Shown here: in pieces, positions 49,785 through 57,958 of the stretch | Layout of the letters: each line of letters opens with the position of its first letter | Position numbering within the stretch: position 1 is the stretch's first letter | Source: a virus | Taxonomy: Duplodnaviria > Caudoviricetes | IMG/VR virus record: IMGVR_UViG_2636416106_000010 | Span: 64,762-128,761 of that record | Strand: one strand, 5' to 3' | Length of the DNA stretch: 64,000 bases | Translations under genes and position numbers: made by a program | Notes under the pieces: model-generated | What the model saw: the letters and a program-made list of their open reading frames with translations, nothing else | Told to the model about the DNA's origin: nothing | The model's database searches: none

Positions 49785-51274
49785 GAAACATTCACCTCAC
49801 TTGATGGAATATAACTAAAGGAAGTTTTAACCGATTCAATTTCCCCATACAACTCAAATGAGATTGATAGAGTAAGATTTACTTGGTCATAATCTAAGAC
49901 TTCCATTTTTACATTTCTGTAGATTGGATGATCTTCTGAAAGATTATCGATGAAGGCATCAACTTGTGTGATGATGGATTGAAGTAATACGAAGCTGAAT
50001 GGCTCTCCAATGTATTGATTGAAGAATCCAGCGATTCGGTTAACGTCGTAACTTATACTTCGAAGGTAATGAGGTTTTGAATAGAGTGTGTTCTGAGGGT
50101 AAAGATTTTTTGAGGAAAAAGGAACAAATCCTTTTTTAATTGATGGTACGATACATATATAACCACTACTTGTTAATTTAGCAACTTCAACCTTTTTGAG
50201 TTCCCTACTTTGTAACGTATTTATATACAGTAGCTGTTTATTAGTTGCTGAATTGTGGAAATTAGGTAGTTTGTATCGCATACAAGCGTAAGTTGCTGCG
50301 GCTGGCATAGATAAGTACTTAGGATTTTCCGAATCCTGCACACCAACTACAACTTCTACATGTTCCAAATGACGACTTTTTTCCTTATTAGTAGAGGCCT
50401 TTTCTAGAAGTGTTTGTATCTGAGGTTCATATGTATCTTCACCTGTCACTCCATAACGATTTCCTGAGAACAAGTCAGAGCATAAAACAGCTGAGCAAAA
50501 AATCGATTGTTCACTTGTTTTCGTCTTAGCAAATTCTCCAAATATAGAGGTTAGTTCAGCAGATGCTTTTTCGTAAGGAATGTCTGTAAATAGAAGTGTA
50601 TCTATTTGAAAACTACTTAGCTCCCCTGTAAAGAACAATTCGCTTCCATCTTCATCAATTAAACTATCTCTTAATAGCTGTAATTGCATTTGGAGCTTAT
50701 CGTCTGAGTCTGAATCATCATGATTACTTACATAATGGAATCCATCGTCCGCTCCTGTAAATCGAACGTGTCTTTCTGCTAAACATAATCCTGCTATAGG
50801 AATCTGATTAACAACTTCTACATCGACTTCTCCTGCTTTAAAATAGAGATCCTGTTTGATTGCAAAAGCTAATTCATCTAAGCCTTTATAATCAGCAAAC
50901 AAATATGAGTAACTATTGTTTATACCTTTAACCACCATATGAGTTGGGAATAAGTGAATACTGATATGGTTTGATTCATCCGTTGCTTCTAATGTTTTAA
51001 ATCGAAGTGCAGGAGTGTTTAATTCATCATGATCAACTACACATTCCCCATGTGTTCCATTTAATCGTAGGATTAGTGGTGTAATCCTGTTCTTTCTTGC
51101 CATTCTTACGTTTTCCGTTAGACGACAATCACCAAGAACATAAGACGGGTCTGTGTTCTCTCGGATGATAAAAGGTGTCCCTACTGGCCCATTAAAAGAA
51201 AAACCCGCTAACACTAGAAAGCGAGTATTCTTTTCCATGTGAGAAGGGAAGATAAGTTGATTGTATTTATACAT
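49778..51274 (-). CDS. Divergent second tail sheath-like protein (likely start MYKYNQ at 51274)
   Basis: GGAGGGG RBS. Sheath-like motifs GFSFNGPVGTPF, ILRLNG, FTGADDG, SATNKQL, YIGEP and FELYGEIESV. Confidence 0.7.
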   Translation of the reverse strand: MYKYNQLIFPSHMEKNTRFLVLAGFSFNGPVGTPFIIRENTDPSYVLGDCRLTENVRMARKNRITPLILRLNGTHGECVVDHDELNTPALRFKTLEATDESNHISIHLFPTHMVVKGINNSYSYLFADYKGLDELAFAIKQDLYFKAGEVDVEVVNQIPIAGLCLAERHVRFTGADDGFHYVSNHDDSDSDDKLQMQLQLLRDSLIDEDGSELFFTGELSSFQIDTLLFTDIPYEKASAELTSIFGEFAKTKTSEQSIFCSAVLCSDLFSGNRYGVTGEDTYEPQIQTLLEKASTNKEKSRHLEHVEVVVGVQDSENPKYLSMPAAATYACMRYKLPNFHNSATNKQLLYINTLQSRELKKVEVAKLTSSGYICIVPSIKKGFVPFSSKNLYPQNTLYSKPHYLRSISYDVNRIAGFFNQYIGEPFSFVLLQSIITQVDAFIDNLSEDHPIYRNVKMEVLDYDQVNLTLSISFELYGEIESVKTSFSYIPSSEVNVSW

Positions 51275-51276
51275 TC

Positions 51277-51816
51277 TTACCCCTCCAATAAAATATTGTA
51301 TTGTTTTACGCCGTTTATTTCTGAAATGCGAATGCCACGTATTTTGCTTCTTACAGGTTGTACAGTAGCATAGTAGACCTTGTAAATTGTTTTTCCTTCT
51401 CCAAGATCCTGAGTGTGGTCTACGTTTGTGATTTTCCATATACCCTCATCTTTATAAGAAGGTCGTCCGAAATTATCCCAATCCACTTCTACAATCAAGT
51501 CTTTTTCGTTAGCTATCATGTTTGGTTGGAAGTAATACTTTCTACCTCCTGTTAATACATCTCCAATAGGATTTTCCTTTAAGAGTCCTGCTAACTGTGG
51601 TTCTAAAGCAATCGTTTCAGCTCTTGTCGTATGCCTTTCAGCAATGAAAGAATAACCCAGTCCGAGACAAATCGGACAATTACGATCTGCCTCTTGGGTT
51701 ACTTCGTTATAACAAGAACATAAAAGCTTTTTATCTTGTCTAAGAACCAGTACATCATGACCGTACTCTTCCAAGATCTTTTTGAATTCATTAGATAGGT
51801 CGAAACTTACTCTCAT
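51277..51816 (-). CDS. Head closure/neck protein with a Cys cluster
   Basis: 179 aa with CSC...CPICLGLG. Position between capsid and tail genes. Confidence 0.6.
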   Translation of the reverse strand: MRVSFDLSNEFKKILEEYGHDVLVLRQDKKLLCSCYNEVTQEADRNCPICLGLGYSFIAERHTTRAETIALEPQLAGLLKENPIGDVLTGGRKYYFQPNMIANEKDLIVEVDWDNFGRPSYKDEGIWKITNVDHTQDLGEGKTIYKVYYATVQPVRSKIRGIRISEINGVKQYNILLEG

Positions 51817-51827
51817 TATCTATTCAC

Positions 51828-53441
51828 CTACTTATCGAAGTCTTTCAGTGTAGTTCTTGTTACGAAATCAGGATATGGTGATACTGATTCACCTTTTACT
51901 GCGTTACCTGGTTTTGCATATCCTCTATTGTGATGACCATGAATAAGATCTTCCCAAGGTTTTAATGCTCCTTGTAGTTTTCTAATCATAGAAGACACAT
52001 TGTTTGAGCTTGAGCTTCCTGCCTTCTTCGTTACGGATAAGTCACCTAGTTTAATGCTCTCATCACCACTTGAAGAAACAGCACTTCCACCGCTTAGTAA
52101 CGAGTCGATAGTTACTTGTGTGTTTACATATTCATTAATGTAATAAGGCGCGTCACCATCTTTATGAAGTTCTTCATCAAATGCTGGTGATTCAAACCAT
52201 ATATCACATGCAAACTGACTGTACTTTCTCATTAATGACTGAAGGAATCGAGTTGATGGATTTAATCCAAACTGTTTCAATACCTCTCTGATTTGAGTAA
52301 TGTCACCATGTAGATGCTCTGGTGTACCTACAAAACTAAATGTATACGTCATTCCAGTAGGTAAAGTGTTTTCGCCTTTTAGATTCTTAGAAACTACTAC
52401 TGTATATTCCTTACCCTGTCTAAAGACAGTAGGGCCTTCTACAGGTGTAAAGACTAATACGTTATCATTCTCTTCATCTAGGCTTATACGACCTTTTATA
52501 GCCTTATTAGGGCTATATGCACCTCTCATATCAATTAAGGAAAGCTGTTGTTTGTATGGAGCTTCTACAACGTAGAATAAAGGGTTTGTTTCGGGTTGAT
52601 CTTCCCCGAATAAGCTACTAGCAATAGTATCTGTAAACACGACAACTACTTCCGAAGGTTTTTGTAACTCTCCTGTTTGAGGGAAATGATCGACAATAGA
52701 TAACTGACCAACTATTGTTCCTCCCCCGCCGCTTTCTCCACCATCACCTGTAGTTGGTGGTTCTACTACTGGTGGAGTTACGGGTTGTTCTCCTTTTTTC
52801 TCGATGTAAATTTGACTTGTTAACCAAGCTGTCTCCTTATCACCTGTAACACCTTGAACATGTACATAATAATTCTTCTCTGGTTCTAAACGATAAGGGA
52901 TAGTGAAGCTAAGACTTGTTGTTTTACCCTCTAGTGGGTTCTTTGGCCACAAATCATACGCTTCGGGATTGTTAGATGTTGATAGACGAACATTAAAGTA
53001 AATCTCTTCCCCATCTACTAACCCATTAGGCAAGTCCCACTTAGCAGAAACAAAGTAATAATCTTGCGCTAATACCAAGTTTTCTAAAGCAGTAATTCCC
53101 TTTTTCTGAACAGTTACAAACTCATATGTCTTTGTACTAGGAAGATAATTGTTATCGATTGAAGCAACCCCGCTTGCCCCGCCCATTACCATTGTTTGAT
53201 ACTGTGTATTAGGTTCAAGTGGAGTGTTAGGAGTAATCTCGTACACTTTATTCACGTTGTTATATCGCCCAGTGTGCTCTACGAAATCACCATTTACTTT
53301 TCTTAGGCGAATCGTATTATTATTTAACGTATCAAGATTGATATGTTTAGCGAACGTGATTGTTATTTTAGTAGATAGCTCTACATTTGATTCATTCGAT
53401 ACCGGATTAACACCCAATACTAGATATGCATTAGAAGGCAT
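51828..53441 (-). CDS. Ig-like (Big_5) domain neck/head-tail connector protein
   Basis: 537 aa. VNP...NVELSTKITITFAKHI...ITPNTPLEPNTQY Ig-like domain plus a second copy. Adaptor-like C-terminal ESIKLGDLSVT. Confidence 0.65.
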   Translation of the reverse strand: MPSNAYLVLGVNPVSNESNVELSTKITITFAKHINLDTLNNNTIRLRKVNGDFVEHTGRYNNVNKVYEITPNTPLEPNTQYQTMVMGGASGVASIDNNYLPSTKTYEFVTVQKKGITALENLVLAQDYYFVSAKWDLPNGLVDGEEIYFNVRLSTSNNPEAYDLWPKNPLEGKTTSLSFTIPYRLEPEKNYYVHVQGVTGDKETAWLTSQIYIEKKGEQPVTPPVVEPPTTGDGGESGGGGTIVGQLSIVDHFPQTGELQKPSEVVVVFTDTIASSLFGEDQPETNPLFYVVEAPYKQQLSLIDMRGAYSPNKAIKGRISLDEENDNVLVFTPVEGPTVFRQGKEYTVVVSKNLKGENTLPTGMTYTFSFVGTPEHLHGDITQIREVLKQFGLNPSTRFLQSLMRKYSQFACDIWFESPAFDEELHKDGDAPYYINEYVNTQVTIDSLLSGGSAVSSSGDESIKLGDLSVTKKAGSSSSNNVSSMIRKLQGALKPWEDLIHGHHNRGYAKPGNAVKGESVSPYPDFVTRTTLKDFDK

Positions 53442-53455
53442 CTACCTCACCTCGC

Positions 53456-53869
53456 TTATTCAGTTTCTTTTTTAGTGCTTTTACGAGTTCTCTTAACTGG
53501 TTTAACTGCAGCTGCTTCCATCACTGGTTCTTCTTTTTCCGGTTCAACTACTTCTGGTTCTTCTTTTTCCGGTTCAACTACTTCTGGTTCTTCTGGTTTA
53601 ACTGGTTCTTCTGGTTTAACTGGTTCTTCATCTTCAGCAATGTTGTTGCCATTAACGAATTCTAGAGTTTGTTTGTCATAAGGGAGTAAGATGTTTTTAC
53701 GTAAAGCGGATTGGATACCTGACAGCTTATTCTCTTCAATATCAATTGAATGTACAGAAATTGAGCTAATAGAATGCTCTCCAGCTTTTTTAAATAAGAT
53801 ACCGCTCACTTCTTCTTCGAATTCCTCTTCAAAATAAAATGGAGATAAAAATACTTTTAATTCTTTCAT
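53456..53869 (-). CDS. Small acidic protein with Pro/Glu repeats and a basic tail
   Basis: 137 aa with EEPVKP and EPEVVEPEKE repeats and a C-terminal KRTRKSTKK. Confidence 0.7.
   Translation of the reverse strand: MKELKVFLSPFYFEEEFEEEVSGILFKKAGEHSISSISVHSIDIEENKLSGIQSALRKNILLPYDKQTLEFVNGNNIAEDEEPVKPEEPVKPEEPEVVEPEKEEPEVVEPEKEEPVMEAAAVKPVKRTRKSTKKETE
53524..53629. repeat. In-frame tandem repeats (2 x 30 bp, then 2.5 x 18 bp)
   Basis: ctggttcttctttttccggttcaactactt twice (53524..53583), then ctggttcttctggtttaa twice plus a partial copy. Confidence 0.9.
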
Positions 53870-53911
53870 GAATAATACATCCTTTCAGTTCTATGTTTTG
53901 GTCTATCCTAT

Positions 53912-53944
53912 AAAAGAAGCCCCTACATCAACTGTAGGAGCTCC
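53912..53944 (-). terminator. Intrinsic terminator after the major capsid gene
   Basis: Minus strand GGAGCTCCTACA-GTTGA-TGTAGGGGCTTC-TTTT. Confidence 0.8.
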
Positions 53945-53967
53945 GTAGGAACATAATTGTTATTTAA

Positions 53968-55071
53968 TTAGATAACATCGTGCTTCTTAGCTTCTGCACC
54001 TTGCATATCCTTTGGTAAAGGCATATCAGCAAAGCTACGAGTTGGAGCTGGGTAAGTTTTAGCGAACTTGATGTTCTTAGCAACAGCGATTGCTTTTCCG
54101 CCGTTTAGTACGCCTACGCCATAACGCTCACGTAATTTTAGAGATTGGATGTCACGAGTTGGATCATCGAATTGCTCTGTAGAGATTTCGTCTTTAACTA
54201 GCATTACACCAACGTTGTTTTTGTCTACTAGGAAGAAATCGAATTTCTTGTTAGCTTGATCGAAAGGAACGAATGGAGAGAATACTACTTCTAAGCCTAA
54301 TGCGTTCGAAGTGTTGAATGTACGAGGGTCAAAGTTTGAAGTGCCTTGTCCAAATGCAGCAACGCTTGTGCCTTCTAAAGCAGCGTTCTTAGCAAATAGA
54401 GACCAGCAAAGAGGATGCATGATGATTGTTGTAGGAGTGTATCCTGCGCTCATGATTGATACAGCCATGTCGATGATATCTTCAGCAGATAATGTACCGT
54501 TAAGTTCGCCATCGAATCCACGACCTGTAGGGTGTCCGTCAGTACCAGCTGGGAATAATTCTGCATCGTATACTACGTGACCAGTTTTCTTAAATTCGTT
54601 GAAGCAAATTTCTTCTTTCTTAGCAGCCATTGCACGACCAGCAGCGCGAAGGTGTAATCCGATTACATCCCATTGTGAGTCTGAAATCATTTCGTCAGTA
54701 ATAGCGATTTTCAAACCGTATTTCTTAACTTTAACATCTACAGATCCGATTCCGCCTTGAGCTAAGTCTAGTGCTTGGTTTGGATATTCTTGTCCTTCTC
54801 CGATTTCGAATGCGCGAATTGCTCCAAAGTGGATGAATTCCATTGAACGTCCTTCATTTAATGTAACCTTTTGGAATAGATTAGATACTAATGTTAAAGG
54901 TTCAGCAGCTTCTAATACTACTGTAGAGATTACTTTCGGGATTAAAATGTTTGCATCAGCCGATGTTAATGCTTCACTTACTTGTACGCGTTGCTTAGCA
55001 GGTACTTTTCCTGCATATGCCATCATTTTTGTGTACTTCTCATGAAGTTCAATATTTTGATTTTTTTCCAT
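53968..55071 (-). CDS. Major capsid protein (HK97-fold)
   Basis: 367 aa. LIPKVISTVVLEAAEP, EIGEGQEYP, VKKYGLKIAITDEMISDS, LRERYGVGV. Position after the protease. Confidence 0.9.
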   Translation of the reverse strand: MEKNQNIELHEKYTKMMAYAGKVPAKQRVQVSEALTSADANILIPKVISTVVLEAAEPLTLVSNLFQKVTLNEGRSMEFIHFGAIRAFEIGEGQEYPNQALDLAQGGIGSVDVKVKKYGLKIAITDEMISDSQWDVIGLHLRAAGRAMAAKKEEICFNEFKKTGHVVYDAELFPAGTDGHPTGRGFDGELNGTLSAEDIIDMAVSIMSAGYTPTTIIMHPLCWSLFAKNAALEGTSVAAFGQGTSNFDPRTFNTSNALGLEVVFSPFVPFDQANKKFDFFLVDKNNVGVMLVKDEISTEQFDDPTRDIQSLKLRERYGVGVLNGGKAIAVAKNIKFAKTYPAPTRSFADMPLPKDMQGAEAKKHDVI

Positions 55072-55084
55072 GATATATGTATCC

Positions 55085-55250
55085 TCCTGAGTGTTTGTGG
55101 TGAGATTTAAAGTGGGGGATTATAGACTTTCCAGCCCCCACCTTAAATGGGAATTGTGTCTACTTATCTTTTAAGCTGTTGATCTCAGGACCGTAAAGGT
55201 TAAACTATTAGGTTATTGTTTTAGGAGATTACATGTTTAGAAGGATAAGT
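55085..55250 (-). promoter_or_regulatory. Structured leader of the capsid gene
   Basis: 14-bp stem at 55105..55148. TCCTGAG (55184..55190) is complementary to CTCAGGA overlapping the SD (55085..55091). Confidence 0.45.
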
Positions 55251-55270
55251 GAGGGGTATTTCGAAGTTGA

Positions 55271-56527
55271 TTATTTTTGAAGTAAGATACGTACTGCACC
55301 AACAGAACCTTTGTGATCCCAAGCAGTAGGAATTCCAGCGATTGGATCAACTACCATTGGTACTGTTAAAGTTAAACCAGTGTGTTCTACAGCTGCATCA
55401 GTTTCATTGATTGGTAAGTAGATAACAACAGTGTTGTGAGTAACGTCAACGTGCATATCGTTAGCATTTACTGCTTTACCATCGATTTGAGCAGCTACGT
55501 TAGCTAGTTTAGTAGTATCGATTTTTTGTTTTAATTTGATAAATACAGCAGCGTTTTTAACTCCTGCACCAACTACTACTTTGTTGTCTTTAGCGTCGAA
55601 AGTAGTACCTTCAGCACCACGAACAGCTTCAACGTTAGCGTTAAGTGTCATTGCACCAGCAGTTCCAGTAGCAACACCGAAGTTGCGAGTTTCTTGAGCG
55701 CGGAAGAATCCGTCAGTTAAGAATGGAATTCCAGTTAAACCTTTAGCGCCTAACATTTTTTCGAATTCAGGCTTCCAACCTTTTTCTGTGTAAGAAGATC
55801 CATAAGGGAATGCGCCTATACCTGTACCTGGAGCACCTGGAGATGGAGCGTGAGACATTTGTTTTAAGAATGCTTCCATTTCAGGGTTAACTAACTCTGA
55901 GTAGTATTGAAGGAATCCAGCTGGTGGAAGTTCAGTTTCTTTCGCCCAAACTTGTCCAACGATAGCTTCAGGAGCATCTGTGCCTTTTACGTATTTACGG
56001 AAGTTACCGTCTTTGTCAGAAACAACGCGGTCACCAGGCATTAATTTTGTTGTATCTTGTTTTTTCTCAGATACAGCAGCACCAAATTTCATTGCTTTTG
56101 CAAGTACTTGAGCAGCTTCTAAAGTGTCAGTACCTTCAGTTTCGAATAAAGGAACCTCAACATAGTTACGAGTGATAACAGTTGGTTTTGTTAAAGTTGA
56201 ATGCATTCCGTCACGACGACGAGAATAAACGTTGTGTAAGTTTACACCAGCAATTTTTTCAGCTGCATCTGTCGCTTGTTTAACAGCTGTTTTTTGATGA
56301 CCTGTTTCAGGATCATACTCAGCGCCAACTAATTCAACGATTTTACCTTTTGCAAGTACTACCGTTTGGTTACCCTCTGGGCCGTACTCATAGATGAAAG
56401 TTTCTGCACCGTTAGTACGAGAGATAATTAAATCTTCCGCCGGAGCATTACCTTCAGAGATTACTAAGTTAGTATGTGTCTTACCTTTGAACTTGTAAGA
56501 ACCATTCACATTTGGAAATTGTGCCAT
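55271..56527 (-). CDS. Capsid-associated structural protein (decoration/cement-like)
   Basis: 418 aa between the protease and MCP genes. VVLAKGKIV...GDRVVSDKDGNF...IVGQV pattern, strong RBS. Confidence 0.6.
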   Translation of the reverse strand: MAQFPNVNGSYKFKGKTHTNLVISEGNAPAEDLIISRTNGAETFIYEYGPEGNQTVVLAKGKIVELVGAEYDPETGHQKTAVKQATDAAEKIAGVNLHNVYSRRRDGMHSTLTKPTVITRNYVEVPLFETEGTDTLEAAQVLAKAMKFGAAVSEKKQDTTKLMPGDRVVSDKDGNFRKYVKGTDAPEAIVGQVWAKETELPPAGFLQYYSELVNPEMEAFLKQMSHAPSPGAPGTGIGAFPYGSSYTEKGWKPEFEKMLGAKGLTGIPFLTDGFFRAQETRNFGVATGTAGAMTLNANVEAVRGAEGTTFDAKDNKVVVGAGVKNAAVFIKLKQKIDTTKLANVAAQIDGKAVNANDMHVDVTHNTVVIYLPINETDAAVEHTGLTLTVPMVVDPIAGIPTAWDHKGSVGAVRILLQK

Positions 56528-56558
56528 TTTGAATGTGCCTCCTTGTTATTTGGGGGTT

Positions 56559-57956
56559 TTATCTACGTCCAGTTAATAGACGAATAATTGCTTCTTCATT
56601 ACTTGTAACCTTTAATGATTCAGTTGCCAACGTTTTACTTTCAGTAACAACTTTTCCAACCGGTTTCTCTACATGCTCAACAGTACGAGTCGTCTGAATA
56701 GGTGGCTTTTCTGCTAGAATGTCTGAGATAGAATCACGTAAGGACTCGATAGAACGAGCAGCAAATTTTGTAGTTGCATCTTCGCGACTAGATTCTTTAC
56801 CCACTGCCATGCGTAGATCAACTAGGAAACCAACAGTAGATTCATGAAGATCTTTTGCAAGTTTCTCATTTGCACTTGTTAGTTCTTCAATCGTATTTTT
56901 AGCTTCAACTAACTCTTCTTGAACTTGAGTAAGTTCAGCAGATTGAGTTTCTTCTTGTTCTGTTACAACTGGCTCTTCGACTACTGGAGTTTCTTCAACA
57001 GTCGTAGCTGGAGTTTCTTCCTCTGTAACTTCTTGAGTAGCTTCTTCTACTGTCTCTTCTACAACAGTTTCTTCTGTAGTTGCTTCATCTTTCTCTTCTG
57101 TAACCGGAGCAGCTTCTTCTACCACTGGCTCAGTTACAACATTTTTGTCCTCTTGCGTCACTATGTTTTCCTCCTTTTCATTTGATTCACTTACACTTTT
57201 AACCACTCCAGAATCAGGAGTCAACGTTGAAGTCGAAGTATCGATATGATTAGCTTTGATTGAGCTTGCCACGATCTTACCCCCACCTAAATCAGTAACA
57301 CCTTCACCAGTAGACATTGTGTTGCTAGTTAATCCATTCGTTGTAATCATTGCATCGGAATCGGCAGGTACGTTTACCCAACTTAATTCGTCGAAGAATA
57401 AGTCACCAGCAACCCATTCACATACATTGCCGTCATACTGTTCTCCACGCATATGACCACACCAACCTTCGTTGATGATGTCTGTTCCACAAACAGTACA
57501 TACAGCAGCGTTTGTAGTTGCACCGATAGATACAGTTAATAAACGACCTTCTAGAATATCTTTGATTGCTTTTTCTTGAGTAATTTTAGGAGTTACGATA
57601 ATGCCGGGGCGACCAGCTGAAGTATATTCAGTGAATGAAGCGGAGTAAACACGACCAGTAGCTTCTGTATTAACGTCGTGATTGTGGATAACGGGTTTGG
57701 GGAAAGGTTGCGTCCAACTATAAACACCACTTTTTAATTCGTGATTTCCTTTTAGTTTTTCTGCAGTATAGCGGTTAAAGTTACGAGTTCTTCCTTCGTG
57801 GATTGCTTCAATCTTTGGATAAAGAACAGTAATTCCACTTTCGCTTGTAGATTCATTAAATGCTGTATCTATTTGTGAGATTTCTGCTTTCGTAGTTACA
57901 GATTCATGAATTTCCTTAGGGTCAATATCAAGACCCTTCCACTTTAAAATGTTCAT
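56559..57956 (-). CDS. Prohead protease with a C-terminal scaffold region (likely start MNILKW)
   Basis: PVIHNHD (His), TVSIGA (Ser), CTVCG...CGH, ELSWVNVPAD. Acidic linker and coiled C-terminus. GGAGG RBS before 57956. Confidence 0.85.
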   Translation of the reverse strand: MNILKWKGLDIDPKEIHESVTTKAEISQIDTAFNESTSESGITVLYPKIEAIHEGRTRNFNRYTAEKLKGNHELKSGVYSWTQPFPKPVIHNHDVNTEATGRVYSASFTEYTSAGRPGIIVTPKITQEKAIKDILEGRLLTVSIGATTNAAVCTVCGTDIINEGWCGHMRGEQYDGNVCEWVAGDLFFDELSWVNVPADSDAMITTNGLTSNTMSTGEGVTDLGGGKIVASSIKANHIDTSTSTLTPDSGVVKSVSESNEKEENIVTQEDKNVVTEPVVEEAAPVTEEKDEATTEETVVEETVEEATQEVTEEETPATTVEETPVVEEPVVTEQEETQSAELTQVQEELVEAKNTIEELTSANEKLAKDLHESTVGFLVDLRMAVGKESSREDATTKFAARSIESLRDSISDILAEKPPIQTTRTVEHVEKPVGKVVTESKTLATESLKVTSNEEAIIRLLTGRR

Positions 57957-57958
57957 CT

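Noticed and set aside
45403-51274. Interpretation as an eCIS or tailocin because of multiple sheath and tube genes
   Set aside because: Terminase, portal, protease and major capsid genes are co-transcribed, so this is a complete phage virion module.
51275-51439. N-terminal extensions in the ORF track (also 57957..58034, 46623..46694, 45323..45346)
   Set aside because: They overlap upstream genes or regulatory DNA, and downstream ATGs have strong SD sequences.
53524-53629. Possible CRISPR-like array
   Set aside because: The repeats are directly adjacent with no spacers and are in-frame coding repeats.
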